Shown here one piece after another: positions 11,932-26,447 of a stretch of 64,000 nt of DNA; position 1 is the first letter of the stretch; every line of letters starts with the position of its first letter. The stretch comes from Octopus bimaculoides (taxonomy: Eukaryota): the NCBI RefSeq assembly GCF_001194135.2, contig NC_068989.1, positions 94,526,983-94,590,982 of the forward strand, read 5' to 3'. A program made the translations under genes and the position numbers. Below the pieces are notes generated by a model. The model was not told where the DNA came from, searched no databases, and was given only the letters and a program-made list of their open reading frames with translations.

Positions 11932-14685
11932 CAACGAAAGTCACTAAACTTTAAGACAATTCTGCCGTCATAGCGAGAAGAAAGGGTTATAATATAAAAT
12001 TGCCTTCATCACTAGAATTGTCATTATAATCATTATCGTAGCTATGTCATCACCACCACCACCACAACAACAACAACAGCCATAATCATCATCATCCCCG
12101 TGGTCGCCATCGTTATAATCATTAACATTAAGAGACTATGCATCAGATTATTACTATTCAGATATTGGTAACATCTCAGACACGGTGTGTCAATGTTATG
12201 TCAGTAATTTGATGTTGACTGCTTCGAAATGAGAATAAAATGATTTCCAATTTAAGAATCATCCGTAAAAGTTTGCCACGATTATTTCAACATTCTCCGT
12301 TGTATGAGTGTTTCAACAAAGAGATTGCTAAAAATAAAAATATATATATCTTTCTTAACGATCGTGCCTGATAACCATAACGGATCAATAATTTTGGATG
12401 AACTGATCTGACAATATTTTATGACCACGTATCGATAGTTTATTGCCAGTTTCCGATAAAGTGTCATTTTCCATAATTCAAAGGTGGTTTCAGACACCGT
12501 AATATATCAAACAAGAAGGCTATTATTAATTTGAAAACAAACCCATGAAAAGACTGCAGATCAATTTCACTCAATCTATAAAATTGATAATGAAAATCAA
12601 GTTTCAATATGTGGTACAAATAAATTTATTTGAAATATATTTCCATTGGGGTTAATTACAAGAAAAAAATGACAGTCTGAGTCATAAAATGATTATAACA
12701 AGGTTATATTTCTTTCTGTATACATTCTCACAAAGACTCACATTTTGTAGTATATAATGTATTTTTACGTGTTAATCACAAAGTGGACACTTCATCCAAA
12801 ATTCACATCAAAATCATATGTAATGACAAAATCAAGTATTACTTTATATCATAGATATTTGTGTGAAATAACTTTATTGTTATTGATAAAATCTTTTAAT
12901 TTTTATAGAAAAAGAACACGTATACTTCATATTGATTATCAAATGCCTTTCAACGGAAAGTAAAACCGACTTGATGTGACACAAATGTATAAGTATATAC
13001 AATTTATAAAAGTATTTTGACTGCTTTTTACTTCCGAGCGTGTAACCATTTCTTCTATTGCGTAGCTAAACTAATCAAATACAGAAATATTAATTTCAAA
13101 TGATCTGAGCGAATAGAAATTAGTTTCTATATTTTTTTTCACGCATATATATACACCATTTCCTTCGTGAATGAAGTTTGCACAATTGTTTTCAAATGCT
13201 AATAACTGATTCAAAATATATCGTCTTAGAAATTCAAAGTGTTTGCAATATATGATATATCAACTAGTCAGTCACGAAATTATTTAATATCAAAAACTAA
13301 TCGCCTGAAAATAAGAGTCACGATTTGGTAGAGAGAAAGTTTATGTGGTGTAGCTATCGTCAACGTTGAAATGTAACCTGGACAAAACGTTCAGCCCAAC
13401 TTAACTGATTGGATAAAATAATAATTTTAAAAAAGTGATGCCCTGGAGCAGCAACTTGAAAATTAGTCGCCTTAATTAATATGAAAGCATTGTCCCATAA
13501 TCGTCTATTATTTGCTTATGCTTGTATAGTTCAATTATACGGTTGTTTCCGAAACTAGAAATATATCTAATATCTATTTACCATAAAATAATGGGTTCAT
13601 TCAGTCACAAACTATTTGATGTTTTATTAATGTTGCACAAAAACAGAAAGAAAAATAACGTACATTTTGTTTGAGGTACGCAACTGAATCATTACAAGAT
13701 TTACGAGTTCACTTTGTGAAATGCCAACTGAACTGTTTCAAACAACAATGTAACATGACTTGGAAGAAAATGTGATATTTCACAATTTGAGCGTTTATGA
13801 AATATCACACAGGCAAATGAATATTATTCAGAAAATAATTAATCGAGAAAGCAATTGTCTATAAATTATAAGCAAAATAATTATTGCAAGTCAGGGAAAC
13901 AGATGGTGATACATTGGCATGGCTGTGGCTTTCAACCATTACGCTTCGGAATGCGCTCCACATTTAGGTACGTGCCTTCTACTATAAGTGCGGGAATTTG
14001 CAGGTTTTTTGACAGACATGGCCTTGAAACAGATCATCGGGTATGAAATTCCAATAGTTCATATCTACCATATCCACCTGGGTGGCGCTAGTACCATCTA
14101 ATATCACTGTGATATATGCACACATTTGTGTATGTAGGGCATTTAACGAAGGAAAAAGAAACGCAACGCTCGGCATTAATATCATTTTTACGAACTTTTC
14201 ATTTCTGCATGCTTAATTCTGCCAAGCTTAAAATCTTTAACACTGCTCAGATCGAAGCTCTCCATGCTTCCCTATCTGTCACAAATTATTCGAGACTTTT
14301 ATAACATAATTCAAGGCATTTCAAATGTGATTTTAGCGTGTTTTTATATCCTTTCTTCAGCTTATTACTCTGTGTGTGTCTGTCCTTTCTGTGTCTGTGT
14401 GTTCACGCGCGCGTTTATACGTGCATGTTGTTGATTTGTTTCATAACATAGCGGTTCGGCTAAAAGCCTAGTAGAAAAAAAGTAGCTGACTTAAGAAGTA
14501 AATCCTAGAATCAATTTGTTCAAGCCACCCTTTCGAGACTGCACCCTTGACCAATAACTGAGACAAGGTATCATATCATAGATTATATCTACCCTAGTGT
14601 TAAATAAGGAGTTTACTTTAAAAAATATATATGCGTGTGTGTGTGCGTGTGCGTGTGCGTGTGTGTGTGTGTATGTGTGTGTGTG

Positions 14686-14716
<31 letters not shown>

Positions 14717-16456
14717 CAATGTGAGTGTGCATATACTTTAAGGATTACATCTCATGTGAAAATACAAGAATCCTATAGAAATATATATATGTTCTTTTCA
14801 CTCTTTGATAATGATTGCTCAACGCAACAAAAATAAACTTGGTGTAGCTATTCGCAGTACTTGCAGCAAGAATATAAATGCAGGATATATTAACTTTTGC
14901 TAATTGAAAAATGGAAAGGGTTCTTCTTAAACACTGAGATATAACGATAACATTATTATTGATTCTGGATTATATAAAACTCCTGAAAATAAATGTGTAT
15001 CTTGTTTATGAGGGTTCCGAATATTCTTTCATTTTCAGGATTTGAAACCCGTAATAGCCGTTTTGTCCAAAGAATTTTAACACTTTTCTATTTCAACAAT
15101 GTATGTGTGTGTGCGTGTGTGTGTGTGCGTGTGCGTGTGTATGTGTGTGTGTTTCAGTGTATTCTTATATGTATTGTGTGTCTGTGTGTGTTTCGACCAA
15201 TCGGTTTAGCTTGCACGATAAGAGTTATCAGGAAATGGGTTGCCAAGGCAATTCTCTTTATTGTGATTGCAATTCATCGCTTCTTAGGAAATGCCAAATA
15301 GAAAAACGTAACCGATGGAGTATAAAGAGAAGAGGACGTTTTATAGTGAAATTATATTAGTTTTTGTGCTTAAACATAATTTTAGTTTAACAATCATTTC
15401 TAAATTAAATTCAGAATAAATTGGCAAGGAAACGAAAAACGCTACATTTAATTCAATCTATTTGGAATCCAACGCCGATGATTCGTTTGGCAGGGAACTT
15501 AAATTTAAATGTATCTCCTACATCACATAATTCAATATTTACTTATTTTCTTTCATACGAAAGATACAATACTATCTGTATGAAATTATGTATATATATA
15601 TATATATATNNNNNNNNNNNNNNNNNNNNNNNNNNNNNNNNNNNNNNNNNNNNNNNNNNNNNNNNNNNNNNNNNNNNNNNNNNNNNNNNNNNNNNNNNNN
15701 NNNNNNNNNNNNNNNNNNNNNNNNNNNNNNNNNNNNNNNNNNNNNNNNNNNNNNNNNNNNNNNNNNNNNNNNNNNNNNNNNNNNNNNNNNNNNNNNNNNN
15801 NNNNNNNNNNNNNNNNNNNNNNNNNNNNNNNNNNNNNNNNNNNNNNNNNNNNNNNNNNNNNNNNNNNNNNNNNNNNNNNNNNNNNNNNNNNNNNNNNNNN
15901 NNNNNNNNNNNNNNNNNNNNNNNNNNNNNNNNNNNNNNNNNNNNNNNNNNNNNNNNNNNNNNNNNNNNNNNNNNNNTATATATATATATATATATATATA
16001 TTGACCACATGTCAACCTGTTCTAATGTTGTCTCTTAGTACGTATACACGCCTATGCATTTGGGGGATTGTGTAGGTAAACGAGCAGCGCAGATTGAAGG
16101 CTCTCTCCCTCACATAGATATGTATATGTGTGTGGTGTGAATAAAGAGACAAGCGGAAACAGATGCATATTGATAAATAGGTTTTGAGTTATGTGTAGAC
16201 ATATTTATAAACGTTTCAATATATGAAACTTATCCATGTATCTTTAATAAATATCTTTCCTGAAAGATTATAAATATATATCTATATGTGCATGTGTATA
16301 TGCATGCATTTACATATACTCTCGCTCACGAACATACGTACACATATATATAAACATACGTAAATGCACATATATACATATCCATCCAACCTTATATACA
16401 TACATATATACATACATACATACATATATACATGCATATATACACACGCACGTACT

Positions 16457-16505
<49 letters not shown>

Positions 16506-17420
16506 GCATATTATATNNNNNNNNNNNNNNNNNNNNNNNNNNNNNNNNNNNNNNNNNNNNNNNNNNNNNNNNNNNNNNNNNNNNNNNNNNNNNNNNNNNN
16601 NNNNNNNNNNNNNNNNNNNNNNNNNNNNNNNNNNNNNNNNNNNNNNNNNNNNNNNNNNNNNNNNNNNNNNNNNNNNNNNNNNNNNNNNNNNNNNNNNNNN
16701 NNNNNNNNNNNNNNNNNNNNNNNNNNNNNNNNNNNNNNNNNNNNNNNNNNNNNNNNNNNNNNNNNNNNNNNNNNNNNNNNNNNNNNNNNNNNNNNNNNNN
16801 NNNNNNNNNNNNNNNNNNNNNNNNNNNNNNNNNNNNNNNNNNNNNNNNNNNNNNNNNNNNNNNNNNNNNNNNNNNNNNNNNNNNNNNNNNNNNNNNNNNN
16901 NNNNNNNNNNNNNNNNNNNNNNNNNNNNNNNNNNNNNNNTATATATATACAACAGACACACAAACACAGACACGTAAATTTTGAAATAACGTGATTATTT
17001 TAAAGCAGTTATTTTTCAGAATAAGACTGCTACTTTTATTGATGCTGTGGTCTATATATTGAGAATAGTGTCAAATTTACTGCAAAGTTCGATTTGATTG
17101 GGATTTCCATTTCCGCTTATTGATTTGTTTAACTAGTGGATAAAAGTTTGCCTTCTATTTTATCGGCTCCGAAATAACGAATGATAAAATCTTCATTGAC
17201 GGAACTTGAACTCAGAGCGTAAAGAGCCGAGAAAATGCAGTTAAGCTGTGATGACCATAGTGCCAGTCATTCTGCCATTTTGTCATCTAAATAATAATGA
17301 TTTCAAGTTTTGGTACAACGGCAGCATTTTCGAGGAAGCGAATAAGTTTCTTGTGATTAACTTTCTCCCTCCCCCCAACCCAAATTTTGGGGCCTTGGAG
17401 AAAGGATTATCATTATCATT

Positions 17421-17636
17421 AAGGCAGCGAGCTGGCAGAATCGTTAGCACCCCGGGCGAAATATCTTTACATTCTGAATTCAAATTCCTCCGAGGTCAAC
17501 CATGCCTTTCGTCTTATATCGGTCGATTAAATAAGTACCAGTTACGCACTGTATCGATGTAATCGACTTAATCCCTTCACCCAACTTTGAGGCCTTGTGC
17601 CTCAAATTTGAGGCCTTGTGAAACCATTATTATTAT
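17421..17636 (+). mobile_element. tRNA-derived SINE, family A
   Basis: GGCAGCGAGCTGGCAGAATCGTTAGCAC (A-box-like)...GAATTCAAATTCC (B-box-like)...AAGTACCAGTT...GGCCTTGTG, (ATT)n end; many homologues in the window. Confidence 0.85.
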
Positions 17637-19294
17637 ATAAACATCAGAAGCTCCAAACACCAAACTTCGTAGGACGTTTCCGAGTGACAGCAGTTCTTGG
17701 AATAGCTCACGTCGTGAGAAAAGTGCAGCTCCGCCAATTTGCGGAATGGAATTGAGACGTGACACAGACAATTCAGGAGAAGATAAGATGATAGATAACA
17801 TTAAAATACATGTTTTTTACGCTAATGTTGACCGAGCAAGGTTTAATTCAAATGAGCTTTAATTAGTTCCAACAGGAACATTTGTGAAGAAAAATAACTT
17901 TATATGCAAGCATGTTTGTATCTGCGATTGTAAATTTCTGAAAATCTTTTTTTGAGCCGCATTGTCGGCAAAATGACATACCTAATGTTATATTATCTTC
18001 CTCATATGAATCAAGCTTGTGATATTTTTAAAATAAGAATTGAAAATTTTAAATATATGTACGAAAGAGAAAATTATACGTGTTATGTATTTCTGTTTGC
18101 ATATAATGTCTGTTAAATTACTAAAACCTGTAAATAATATTTGAAATATTTTATATATAAATACACACATAATGTCAATAATATTGTGAAGCTCATATCT
18201 TGAACCTTTGCACTTAAATTCCCTAATAGAACATGTTATTGATAGATTTTAGGTTGTCTTACACGTATTACGTTTTTTCATCCTTTTATACGAGAAATCT
18301 TTTCGTACTGTATTGTGTTCGTCCTCTGTTGGATGTATGCATTTTTGCTATGTTTTACAAGTTTTCTTGTTAATATAATCATATATTCCACAGTGATTGT
18401 GCATTTGATTCATACAATACTATTTACGTGCTGATATTCCATTTGCCTCTTTTTTGATATCTCATTTGCAGTATATTTGTGTATTTTTCTATGACTTGGT
18501 CTATTAGTTGTATTACTACTGTTCATTAGTGACTATTTTATGCAGTATTTCAATTGAAGATAAGTTACTAAATGATCTTTTGGACAGATACTCTGGCACT
18601 AACAAATTTATTGTTCAATGTCAGTGTTTAAGTGCAGAGATGTCTTTCTTTCTTTCCTTATTTCTTTTTATTATTTTTATTTATTTATTTTTATTATAGA
18701 CGATATCTATTTTTAACTGAAAATTTGTCCAGAAATGGGGATAATATCACTGAAACTTTATACATAATCTATAATGGCTATTGAATTGTACTGCGAACAT
18801 CATAGCTTCTTTTAATCTCTTCTCATTTTGCAGTGTCTTCCATGAGAACATTATTACTAATACAAATTGTGTATATTGTATGATCAAGATTACTATTAAT
18901 ATGCGTTTCTACAACGGCCAAAGAGAATGAACGAGGTAACCTAAGGAATAAACCAGAATACACCATTCTGGTTTAGACACTTCACTGTGACACCAACGAA
19001 ATATTTCTGGTTTTCTCAAACACTAATATAAACGCGACACGGATATAATTTTCAGTAAATTAGCCTATATAAATTGATGGTATTATCATATTTGCGCAAG
19101 AAATATCTGGTATGAAGTGGAAAAACTTGAAAATGCATATGTATAAAGCCAGAAAGTTCTGTTAAATTTTTGACACGATCTCTTTAAGAGAATTATTTTC
19201 TCAACGCTTACGGTAACAGAAAAAAAAAATTTTTTATTAGAAATTTTCTATTTTTAAATCTCACAACGACAGATATTCAGCAACAGTGCTTTGG

Positions 19295-19570
19295 AGTATA
19301 GATTGTTTGCCAACATAACATGGCAGTCATCGTTTAGGACGAATGTTGCTGTAATTTAGCCCCAGGAGACATCGTCTCCAGCTGGCTATACGACACGATC
19401 TGTGTCCTTATATTTTCGAACAAGAGGTGCTAGCTTCCCTTGTTTGAAACTATAAGGACACAGATCGTGCCGTAAGGCTACTTGGAGACTATGTATCCCG
19501 GGGCTAAATTACAGCAACATTCGTCCTAAACCAGGACTGACATGTTATGTTGGAAAATAATCTTTACACT
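19295..19570. mobile_element. Foldback/MITE-like palindrome with about 135-bp arms
   Basis: CCAACATAACATG..TTTAGGACGAATGTTGCTGTAATTTAGCCCC..ACGATCTGTGTCCTTATA..AACAAG are all mirrored as reverse complements in 19440-19570. Confidence 0.85.
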
Positions 19571-19719
19571 AAGTTTTTATATTCCAATGTGTTTCTCTCT
19601 GTGCAGAGCATTTTAAATCATAGTAGTTAAATTCATATCGATTTTAATCTTTTCAAATGAGTTCAGATAAAACCTATATCAGACACACTGAATGCTGTAT
19701 GAACTCCAAATGCACTTAT

Positions 19720-20440
19720 CAGTAATCGAGTCAATGTAATTCAAGCTTTAAGCGTCCGAACAAATCAACGATGGTTCCGTTAGTTTCGCTTTGGAAACTA
19801 TTCTCTCGCAGATTTTTCTCAATCTAGACGACCACGTTCTGTCAACAGTGAGTTTCTGAAAACCTTAGATGAGTAAAATTCAAAGTAAGCTGCACGAGAA
19901 TAAGAGTCAAACTTTCAGCGTAAAAGAGCTCCACGAAACAGGTCAACTGTCTGACCTGGGTCAAAAGGTCACACATCCTCTGAATGATTTTTCTTTTAAT
20001 AAGAGAGTAGGTATCTGCTCGTCCTTTCCAAAATGTTTCTGGGTATACTCCTCCCAACTGATGAAGAATAGGTTCTCTGTAAACGCATACAACGAAAAGA
20101 TAATGGTTAATATTCAATGAAAAATGAAAAATCCACCCTGAAGCAGAACCACACCCGACAAATGTTATGGTTTGCATTTGGTGGGAGGAATTTTTCGTTT
20201 ATTATGAAGAGTTAATCAAAACGAAATAGTTGGTGTGAAGAAGTTTTCGCAATTGTAAGCATTTCGTAAATATTTTCCATAGAAGTGTTCATATTTGCTA
20301 CTCGCAAAGGAGTAATGCTCTTATACGATAATACAAGCTTAAATATTGTCCCAGTTGTCTAAGAAAACCGAATATGGTACTAAATATAGAAGCTTTTCTT
20401 CATCCTTACTCTCTAATTCACTCTCAGCTTTCATATAATT
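19720..20440 (+). mobile_element. Heavily decayed mariner transposase remnant
   Basis: Fragments across frames: LSVRTNQRWFR*FRFGNYSLAD..SRRPRSVNSEFLK; PTDEE; HPTNVMVCIWW; RKGVMLLYDN; FLHPYS (HPPYSPDL-like). Many stops and frameshifts. Confidence 0.8.
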
Positions 20441-20775
20441 GCAATAATTCATATAATTGCAATAATTCAGAGGGAAAACCTTTTCTTCATTATTAAGGGA
20501 AGAATGATCCTAGTGAGAATTGCTTCACTTAACAAACTAAGGACTTTTATGCCACCGGGATCAACAGTTTACCAAACAGAGGCCTTTGTGCTATGAATAA
20601 TGAGAGAAAATATTATTTTTCATTAAATACATACATAAAGACCAGAGAAGCATTTGCTTCTTTTCCATCTTGAAATATGACAGCTCTTTCGAAACTCATA
20701 TTTAACTACTGTCCTTCCATAGCACTTACATAGCGTTACCAGCCACCTTGGGTCTTCTGGAGACCAATACTTCTC

Positions 20776-20859
<84 letters not shown>

Positions 20860-20860
<1 letters not shown>

Positions 20861-21062
20861 TGCGTATGTGATTGTCCCGCGGCATCGTTTGACAACCGAT
20901 TCCGGAATGTTTACATCCCCGAAACGTAGCAGTTCGGCAAAAGAGAACGATAGAATAAGTACTAAACTTACAAAGAATGAGTCCTGGTGTCGATTTGCTC
21001 AACTAAAGGCGGTGTTCCAGCATGGCCGCAGTCAAAGGACTGAAACTAATAAAAGAATAAAA
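20860..21062 (+). mobile_element. SINE family B, 3' body
   Basis: TTGACAACCGA..GTTCGGCAAAAGAG..GATAGAATAAGTACT..GTCGATTTGCTCAACTAAAGGCGGTGTTCCAGCATGGCCGCAGTCAAA..GACTGAAAC; matches 30958-31165 and 43997-44190. Confidence 0.85.
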
Positions 21063-21064
21063 GG

Positions 21065-21095
<31 letters not shown>

Positions 21096-21173
21096 TATAT
21101 ATATATAATTTTTTCAAAATGAGATAAGAAAAAACCAAGGCTGTGAAGATTTTAGAACATTTATAAATAGAAG

Positions 21174-21221
21174 GTCTTACAGCTGTTTCCCGGATATTTA
21201 TTATATCCCTTCATCGGAGAC
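21174..21221 (-). ncRNA. Minimal type I hammerhead ribozyme motif, CCGAUGA core (Penelope-terminal-repeat-like)
   Basis: Minus strand GTCT-CCGATGA-AG-GGATAT-AATAA-ATATCC-GG-GAAA-C-AGCT-G-TA-AGAC; 47/48 identical to 27439-27486. Confidence 0.7.
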
Positions 21222-22681
21222 GGTGTGCGAAAATTGTTTAGCAATATTTGATTTAGATAAGATACGAATAAAAGAGTGAAGTGAAGGAATGAAGAGAGAT
21301 GTGAGATATACAGGGATATTGCATTTGTATCCAAATATGGATTCATCCAACTATATATCATATATGTATAAATACACGGTTATACAATTTATAAATACAT
21401 ATATCCGTTTGTTTGTGTGTGAGTGTGTGTTTGTGTGTGTGTGTGTATGTGTGTGTGTGTATGTGTGCGCGTCTATGTGTATGCTTGTGCTTCTTCGTTG
21501 TGTATCAACTGAAGGAATAAACGCCGAAGACGTAACCGATAAAATGGTGGTTTCTGGTCCTTGCAGGTTTCACAAATACAGTGACTTGTCAATATGGCAG
21601 TCAAAAACTTAAATATATCAGAGACGAATTTCTTGGCTGTCTAAAAACAACGCAGCCATTGTTCAACACATAAAATATATAAAATAAGTTGAACTCCCTT
21701 CCATGCCTGAAGAAAAAATGCTACTCACTAAAATAATCTGAAGAAAAATCCTTACATCAATGCGCCCCTTATCCATGAGCGCTATGTCGTAGGATGAAAG
21801 GAAAAAAAATACTTTTCATAAGAATTCTACTCAAAGTAAATCATAAATCATTTGGATCTAAGATCAGGAAAGAAACGGATCACAACCATAATATATCATG
21901 TGTGAACACATTCAAAAAGTAATACACTGTCAACTTTACCAGTAAATAAATCATTTACGGTAAAAACTATTACTTTCAATGCAGAGACCATCACAGACAT
22001 GCATTCTGCAAAAATCAATTTATAGGCGGAGCACTGAAAATGCACAATGCTTTTAAAACACTTTGAACATGAAACAGTGTACTTTTGCTATGTACATGCG
22101 CACACATACGCACGACACACACACACAAACACACATATATACACACACACACAAAACACACACACGCACACACAGACACATATAAATGTATATATACATA
22201 CATATATATATATATATNNNNNNNNNNNNNNNNNNNNNNNNNNNNNNNNNNNNNNNNNNNNNNNNNNNNNNNNNNNNNNNNNNNNNNNNNNNNNNNNNNN
22301 NNNNNNNNNNNNNNNNNNNNNNNNNNNNNNNNNNNNNNNNNNNNNNNNNNNNNNNNNNNNNNNNNNNNNNNNNNNNNNNNNNNNNNNNNNNNNNNNNNNN
22401 NNNNNNNNNNNNNNNNNNNNNNNNNNNNNNNNNNNNNNNNNNNNNNNNNNNNNNNNNNNNNNNNNNNNNNNNNNNNNNNNNNNNNNNNNNNNNNNNNNNN
22501 NNNNNNNNNNNNNNNNNNNNNNNNNNNNNNNNNNNNNNNNNNNNNNNNNNNNNNNNNNNNNNNNNNNNNNNNNNNNNNNNNNATATACGCATATATATAC
22601 ATATATATAAGTACATATATATATACATATATACATGCATACAGATATAGATATGTAAATCTGTGTGTGTGGGTGTGTGTG

Positions 22682-22722
<41 letters not shown>

Positions 22723-24032
22723 AGAGACAGAGAGAAAGAGAGGGAAAAGGGAAAGAAAATAGATACAGAGTCGCATGAGAAAATGATTTAGTATTCAAAG
22801 AGTTGTACAACTGCTTTGCATATCAATACAAAATATATTTAACGTACTTTTATACTTACTTTCAGTGTTCGAGAGATGGAACGTGAAATATTTATTTACA
22901 CTGACACACACACACACACATAGGCACACACACATACACACAAACCAAATAGCAATGGTTTGAAATTATTTGATACGTACGTTTCAAGTTTAGATATGCG
23001 AACCCAAAATGTACGTGTGTGTGTGTGTATGTGGGTGTGTGTGTTTACTGTCCTTTAATTGTAAATTCCAAGGATATAAGTGTAGGAAGTTAATAAGCTT
23101 CGAGCAGTCTATGGTAGGTCTAAAACAACCACTTTCAGGAATGATAAGTTTATTGATATAGATAGTTGTATTCTTTTATCATATCGAAGTTCGATAAACT
23201 GAAAAAAGTGGATTCTTACTTTGCTAATCGCAACTGGGGTTGCTTTAAATACGAATAAATATCCAAATTAAGTGAATGAAGCAGGTAAAAATCCCTGCTA
23301 CATTTGTTTTCTGGGTAGCAGAGCCTCGGATATAATAATTAATGAACAAGAGGTACTCTCGCAGCTATCTATCAGGCTGAAGATATTCCTTTAAGATAGT
23401 TGTTCTGATATCTATACCGGGCGATGAGTTGTGTTCTTGAGCATAACACTTCCTGTCATGTTGCTTGAGTCCAATCAACTGGCAAAAGTGTGTAATTCTG
23501 CAACAGACCGGTGCCCCATCCATACACGTCANNNNNNNNNNNNNNNNNNNNNNNNNNNNNNNNNNNNNNNNNNNNNNNNNNNNNNNNNNNNNNNNNNNNN
23601 NNNNNNNNNNNNNNNNNNNNNNNNNNNNNNNNNNNNNNNNNNNNNNNNNNNNNNNNNNNNNNNNNNNNNNNNNNNNNNNNNNNNNNNNNNNNNNNNNNNN
23701 NNNNNNNNNNNNNNNNNNNNNNNNNNNNNNNNNNNNNNNNNNNNNNNNNNNNNNNNNNNNNNNNNNNNNNNNNNNNNNNNNNNNNNNNNNNNNNNNNNNN
23801 NNNNNNNNNNNNNNNNNNNNNNNNNNNNNNNNNNNNNNNNNNNNNNNNNNNNNNNNNNNNNNNNNNNNNNNNNNNNNNNNNNNNNNNNNNNNNNNNNNNN
23901 NNNNNNNNNNNNNNNNNNNNNNNNNNNNNNNNNNNNNNNNNNNNNNNNNNNNNNNNNNNNNNACTCTACCTCTGGTATTTGAGTACTCTTTTTTCCACCT
24001 TGTTGCACATTTCATGTGCTTACTCCGGTATA

Positions 24033-24083
<51 letters not shown>

Positions 24084-24093
24084 GTATAATTAT

Positions 24094-24418
24094 TTCTATG
24101 CCAATATGCTGGGAATAGACTTTAAACCGTCAATCACCACATACAATACACCTCGTGCTGTAATCGAGGAAGGCAAGCTAACAGAATTTTTTTTAATGCG
24201 TTATCGCTATATTGAATCAGTTTCGGGATTAATCTAACAGATTTTTCCCTCTTCAGTAGAGATTACGATAATTGATTCAATATAGAGATAACGCATTTTT
24301 TTTAAAATTCCGTTAGCTTGCCTTCCTCGATTTCAGCACGACGTGTATTCATGAGGAATGTATATTGTAATGCGGTGATTGACGATTTTAAGTCTATTCC
24401 CACCATATTAGCATAGAA
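24094..24418. mobile_element. Foldback/MITE-like palindrome with about 125-bp arms
   Basis: TTCTATGC.AATATG.TGGGAATAGACTT..CGTCAATCACC..CTCGTGCTG.AATCGAGGAAGGCAAGCTAAC.GAATTTT..AATGCGTTATC.CTATATTGAATCA is mirrored in 24270-24418. Confidence 0.85.
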
Positions 24419-25196
24419 TTTTTTTCCTGTTGCTCTTGATTATAATTGTTTATAATTTTCACCTTTAAATGTATTTTAATATGCTGGCCACTTTGATGAA
24501 ATGTTTGGACAAAATGTTGTCCTATATTAGAAGTATATATATGCATAATCAGCTACGTATATACATATATTGTGTGAGAGAGAGAGAGGAGGTAAGAGAG
24601 ACTATGGTTTTGAGCTTGTGTCTGTAAACATGAGTATTATTAACACTGCAAAATATTTTCACGTATATTGTGATATTCATGATTTTTGTTCCGAATAATC
24701 GTATGCAAAATCAAAGTTCAGAATAAAATAATGAGTAACTATTTTGTTTGATGTATTATTGCTCAAAATGGTTAATCATATCGAAGTATTGGACCTTATC
24801 ATACATGTCTACGTTTCATTATTGAAATTACGCATAAATATCGAAACGGTGTACGAAAATTAAAAATAAACCCCTCGAATTAGCAAATTGATATTCATTG
24901 ACGAAATGTGTGTTACACGAGTGAAACTTGGTATTATTGGATAACCTTGAACAAATAAAGACATGAATTTATTAAATGAAAATTCCTTGAGTTCTGTATT
25001 AGATTTCGTGGTTTCATATTTAAGGGAAAATACCATAAAATTGATTGTATTAAGTAAGCACCGAAGAAGCAAACAGAGGGAAAAAGTAAATCTTAGCCAA
25101 ATGAAAAATGAATTCAGTTCTACTGTACGTATGCAATGATTCCCCTTTTACTCTCTCTGACACTCTCTTCAACTCTAAATATCTGTGTGTGTGTGC

Positions 25197-25243
<47 letters not shown>

Positions 25244-25272
25244 ACATTGTGTGCGTGTGCTAGAGAGAGGGA

Positions 25273-25323
<51 letters not shown>

Positions 25324-25330
25324 AGGAAAA

Positions 25331-25655
25331 GATGTGCAGGCGTCTGAGTGGTAAGAAGCTTGCTTCCCAACCACATGATTCTGGATTCAGTCTCACTGCG
25401 AGGTATCTTGAGAAAGTGTCTTCTGTGTATCTGTGTCTGTAAGAGTCTTTCTTTGTTCCCAACCACTCCGTGACAACCGGTGTTGGTGTGGCTCCGTCCG
25501 CATTACCTACGTTAGGCGAAAAAAAGCGATAGACTATATGTCAAGCTTTAAAAAATAAATAAATAATGGGATCGATACTTACGTTTAAAATCCTTCAAGG
25601 TGGTGCCCCTGCATGGTCGCAGTCTAATGCATGAAGCAAGTAAATGGATAAAAGA
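25331..25655 (+). mobile_element. SINE family B, diverged near-full copy
   Basis: tRNA-like head GAGTGGTAAGAAGCTTGCTTCCCAACCACATGATTCTGGATTCAGTCTCACTGCG; B tail CTTCAAGGTGGTGCCCCTGCATGGTCGCAGTC. Confidence 0.75.
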
Positions 25656-26447
25656 CATAAAAAATATATATATTCAGAAGAAAATGGGAGGTAATCAGAA
25701 TTATTTAGTTAACGCTACCGTCTCGTTCTAGAGTCTTATCAGGATTGATTTTCTAGAGAAAAGTTTTGCTTTATTCATATATTTGACTTTGTGGAAAAAG
25801 TTGAATTTTAGAAGAGAATGTTCTTTGTTAATATGAATTTTGAAATATATAAGTGTGCTTATATATGTGTGCGCGTATGTTTTTGTTTATGTGTGTGTGT
25901 GTTTTGTAAATATACTACGATATATTATTTCGGCTATTGTCTTAGATCGTGTTTGTCTTTACAGCAACACCTCTATTTGTGTTTTGAATAGGACATATTT
26001 GGTTTTGCACTGTAGCTCACCTACGTAAGGAGTTGCCCTTCGCCTCTTCGTACCCAGGAGTAGGAAATTTGCCAAGTATTCATCGGCAGGATTTACCAGG
26101 TATTTGAAATTCATTTCAGTTCTCTCCTTCTTCAGTTATTTCTGAACAACGTTTAATAATTCCGGGTTGTTACAAGCAAGATAGTAGTCAACAATACCTT
26201 CACAGCCTGTTTAGTATGATTTGTGTAAAGGAGGCATTTTACTATCCCGTTTGTGTGAATGATATAGTACTCATAACACCGTTGAATGAAACGGATTCTC
26301 GGTAGCTTCACGTGTTTCCAATACTCAAAACCTGACATGCCATTTCTTATGGGTTGTTTTTTCAATTCTTTTGGTTTGGCTTAGGTTCGGTAGGAACCTG
26401 GTAGGAATTAGTTGAATAGGAGTTACAACCTGTAATCTTAGGTATCC

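Noticed and set aside
18508-18699. SIEDKLLNDLLDRYS resembles the first helix of nicotinic/Cys-loop receptors
   Set aside because: No following RPV motif, no donor site, and no other receptor exons found; treated as chance.
23365-23531. CMDGAP (hAT-like) on minus or PVMLL..CN (Helitron-like) on plus
   Set aside because: Conflicting short motifs truncated by a gap.
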